From: Lepidodermella squamata
Lineage: Eukaryota; Animalia; Gastrotricha
Direction: 5' to 3'
Assembly (NCBI GenBank): GCA_047495785.1
Contig: JBLDXI010000029.1
Location: forward strand, 62,001 to 126,000
Length of the DNA: 64,000 nucleotides
The translations under genes were made by a program, and so were the position numbers. This document shows, one piece after another, positions 62,401 through 64,000 of this stretch (position 1 is the first letter of the stretch; the number at the start of each line of letters is the position of its first letter). The notes beneath the pieces are model-generated. The model was given only the letters and a program-made list of their open reading frames with translations, searched no databases and was not told the origin of the DNA.

Positions 62401-64000
62401 TCCGGGCCGTGATGTGCAACTGCGCGTTGTGGGGAGGGCACCGTTGGGTATTGCGTTGCGAAAGGCTGAAATGTGCGGGGTTGCGAGCTTTCGAGCTTAG
62501 CCCAGCTAGGTTCGGGGATTGTCGGTTGGGTTTCACTTCCGGGCTGGCATGCGTTTGGAATAGGTTGGCGGTAGTTCCCGGGTTGCGGTATTGAGGTTCG
62601 CTGGGAATCTCGTGCGTGCATGGCGCAGGTGGCGCTGGGTTTCGAGCTTCGAACTCTTGTTGAGCTTCGAATTGACGCTTTCAATGATATTTTTCAGACG
62701 CGCTAGACGACGATGATGACAACGACGGCATTTCTGATGCCGACGAAAAGAAGGATTCGGATGGTGATGGCGTGCCAGGTAAGCGCACTTGGAACGGCTG
62801 GTTCGGGAGCGCGAGTTGCATCATTGTGTTTCTTTGTTCGCAGATTATCTCGACGACGATGATGATAACGATGGCATCCCAGATTCGCAAGACAACGATG
62901 ATGATGGCGATGGCATTCCGGACGACCAGGAAGACAGCGATGGCGACGGTGTGCCAGGTTAGTTCCGGGCGGTGATGTGCAACTGCGCGTTGTGGGGAGG
63001 GCACCGTTGGGTATTGCGTTGCGAAAGGCTGAAATGTGCGCGGTTGTGAGCTTTCGAGCTTAGCCCAGCTAGGTTCGGGGATTGTCGGTTGGGTTTCACT
63101 TCCGGGCTGGCATGCGTTTGGAATAGGTTGGCGGTAGTTCCCGGGTTGCGGTATTGAGGTTCGCTGGGAATCTCGTGCGTGCATGGCGCAGGTGGCGCTG
63201 GGTTTCGAGCTTCGAATTGACGCTTTCAATGATATTTTTCAGACGCGCTAGACGACGATGATGACAACGACGGCATTTCTGATGCCGACGAAAAGAAGGA
63301 TTCGGATGGTGATGGCGTGCCAGGTAAGCGCACTTGGAACGGCTGGTTCGGGAGCGCGAGTTGCATCATTGTGTTTCTTTGTTCGCAGATTATCTCGACG
63401 ACGATGATGATAACGATGGCATCCCAGATTCGCAAGACAACGATGATGATGGCGATGGCATTCCGGACGACCAGGAAGACAGCGATGGCGACGGTGTGCC
63501 AGGTTAGTTCCGGGCCGTGATGTGCAACTGCGCGTTGTGGGGAGGGCACCGTTGGGTATTGCGTTGCGAAGGGCTGAAATGTGCGGGGTTGCGAGCTTTC
63601 GAGCTTAGCCCAGCTAGGTTCGGGGATTGTCGGTTGGGTTTCACTTCCGGGCTGGCATGCGTTTGGAATAGGTTGGCGGTAGTTCCCGGGTTGCGGGATT
63701 GAGGTTCGCTGGGAATCTCGTGCGTGCATGGCGCAGGTGGCGCTGGGTTTCGAGCTTCGAATTGACGCTTTCAATGATATTTTTCAGACGCGCTAGACGA
63801 CGATGATGACAACGACGGCATTTCTGATGCCGACGAAAAGAAGGATTCGGATGGTGATGGCGTGCCAGGTAAGCGCACTTGGAACGGCTGGTTCGGGAGC
63901 GCGAGTTGCATCATTGTGTTTCTTTGTTCGCAGATTATCTCGACGACGATGATGATAACGATGGCATCCCAGATTCGCAAGACAACGATGATGATGGCGA
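32493..64000 (+). CDS. Giant secreted Asp-rich protein of cysteine-free thrombospondin-type-3-like DxDxDGxxD repeats, 3'-partial. Unique exons 32493-32520, 32574-32638, 33002-33053, 33196-33288, 33531-33608, 33726-33764, 33817-33855, 33911-33949, 34003-34056; then repeated exon A (first 34161-34241) and exon B (first 34307-34420) every 563 bp
   Basis: Spliced translation MRASKRFLSGFILLLLIGGVFGKISKPPPKK..., then DTDQDGIPDDLDDDDDGDGIL and similar. Repeat unit DALDDDDDNDGISDADEKKDSDGDGVP|DYLDDDDDNDGIPDSQDNDDDGDGIPDDQEDSDGDGVP. Junctions tttttcag/AC, CCAG/gtaagc, ttcgcag/AT and CCAG/gttagt are canonical and all phase 1. The first three exons are less certain than the acidic exons. Confidence 0.85.
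34110..64000 (+). repeat. Tandem array of 563-bp units: 45 before the LINE, then 563, 545, 545 and a partial unit
   Basis: Exact 563-bp period (ORF track starts 34144 to 58916 = 44 x 563); only scattered SNVs between copies; 81+65+114+303 = 563. Confidence 0.98.
59484..62120 (+). mobile_element. 5'-truncated non-LTR retrotransposon (RTE-like clade) with the C-terminal end of the APE endonuclease and a complete reverse transcriptase; ORF stop at 62018
   Basis: APE end motifs (N)TYF...TW...LDYILI...ESDHRLV; RT motifs KAPGIDEI, PIYKNKG...NYRGISLLS, QFGF, FIDLEKAYD, GLRQGCPLSPLLF, LAFADD and FKYLGS; C-terminal GRPRTRW; (ATT)n tail at 62103-62120. It interrupts the array unit at ctttcaat/atgatatttttcag. 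Confidence 0.95.

Noticed and set aside
34235-63702. Repeated 67-aa and 61-aa plus-strand ORFs
   Set aside because: They are out-of-frame or purely intronic readings with no motif; the spliced frame explains the sequence.
34144-63980. Repeated 188-aa minus-strand ORF (MKASIRSSTR...) as a tandem gene family
   Set aside because: It is the antisense shadow of the Asp-rich exons (Ile/Val and Ser runs mirror GAT/GAC codons), crosses the + strand introns, overlaps its neighbours and is broken by a stop in three units.
34110-64000. CRISPR array, rDNA/5S/snRNA cluster or non-coding satellite
   Set aside because: There are no unique spacers and no recognisable RNA gene, whereas intact splice sites, open exons and diverged upstream paralogous exons indicate coding function.

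Overview
Animal (metazoan) nuclear DNA with short GT-AG introns; the species cannot be identified from the sequence. Positions 1-30 kb are gene-dense: the 3' part of a SYD-1-like PDZ-C2-RhoGAP gene, THG1, eIF3K, MSS4/RABIF, a secreted protein with two Hedgehog/DD-peptidase-like domains, an intronless HNH nuclease ORF, DUS1, HSP10, an ABHD4/5 hydrolase and a ZNF236-like zinc-finger gene, plus small inverted-repeat elements and a LINE relic. Positions 32.5-64 kb look like a 563-bp satellite but can be spliced into one open + strand gene that the ORF track misses. It starts with a signal peptide and short unique Asp-rich exons. These are followed by at least 48 near-identical units of exon (81 nt), intron (65), exon (114) and intron (303). 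Each unit encodes 65 aa with 30 Asp and five DxDxDGxxD calcium-binding-type motifs, predicting a secreted poly-acidic protein of more than 3,200 aa that runs off the window. A young 5'-truncated RTE-type LINE sits in the long intron of unit 45, 14 nt upstream of the next exon. Gene models and counts were made by hand and need transcript confirmation.
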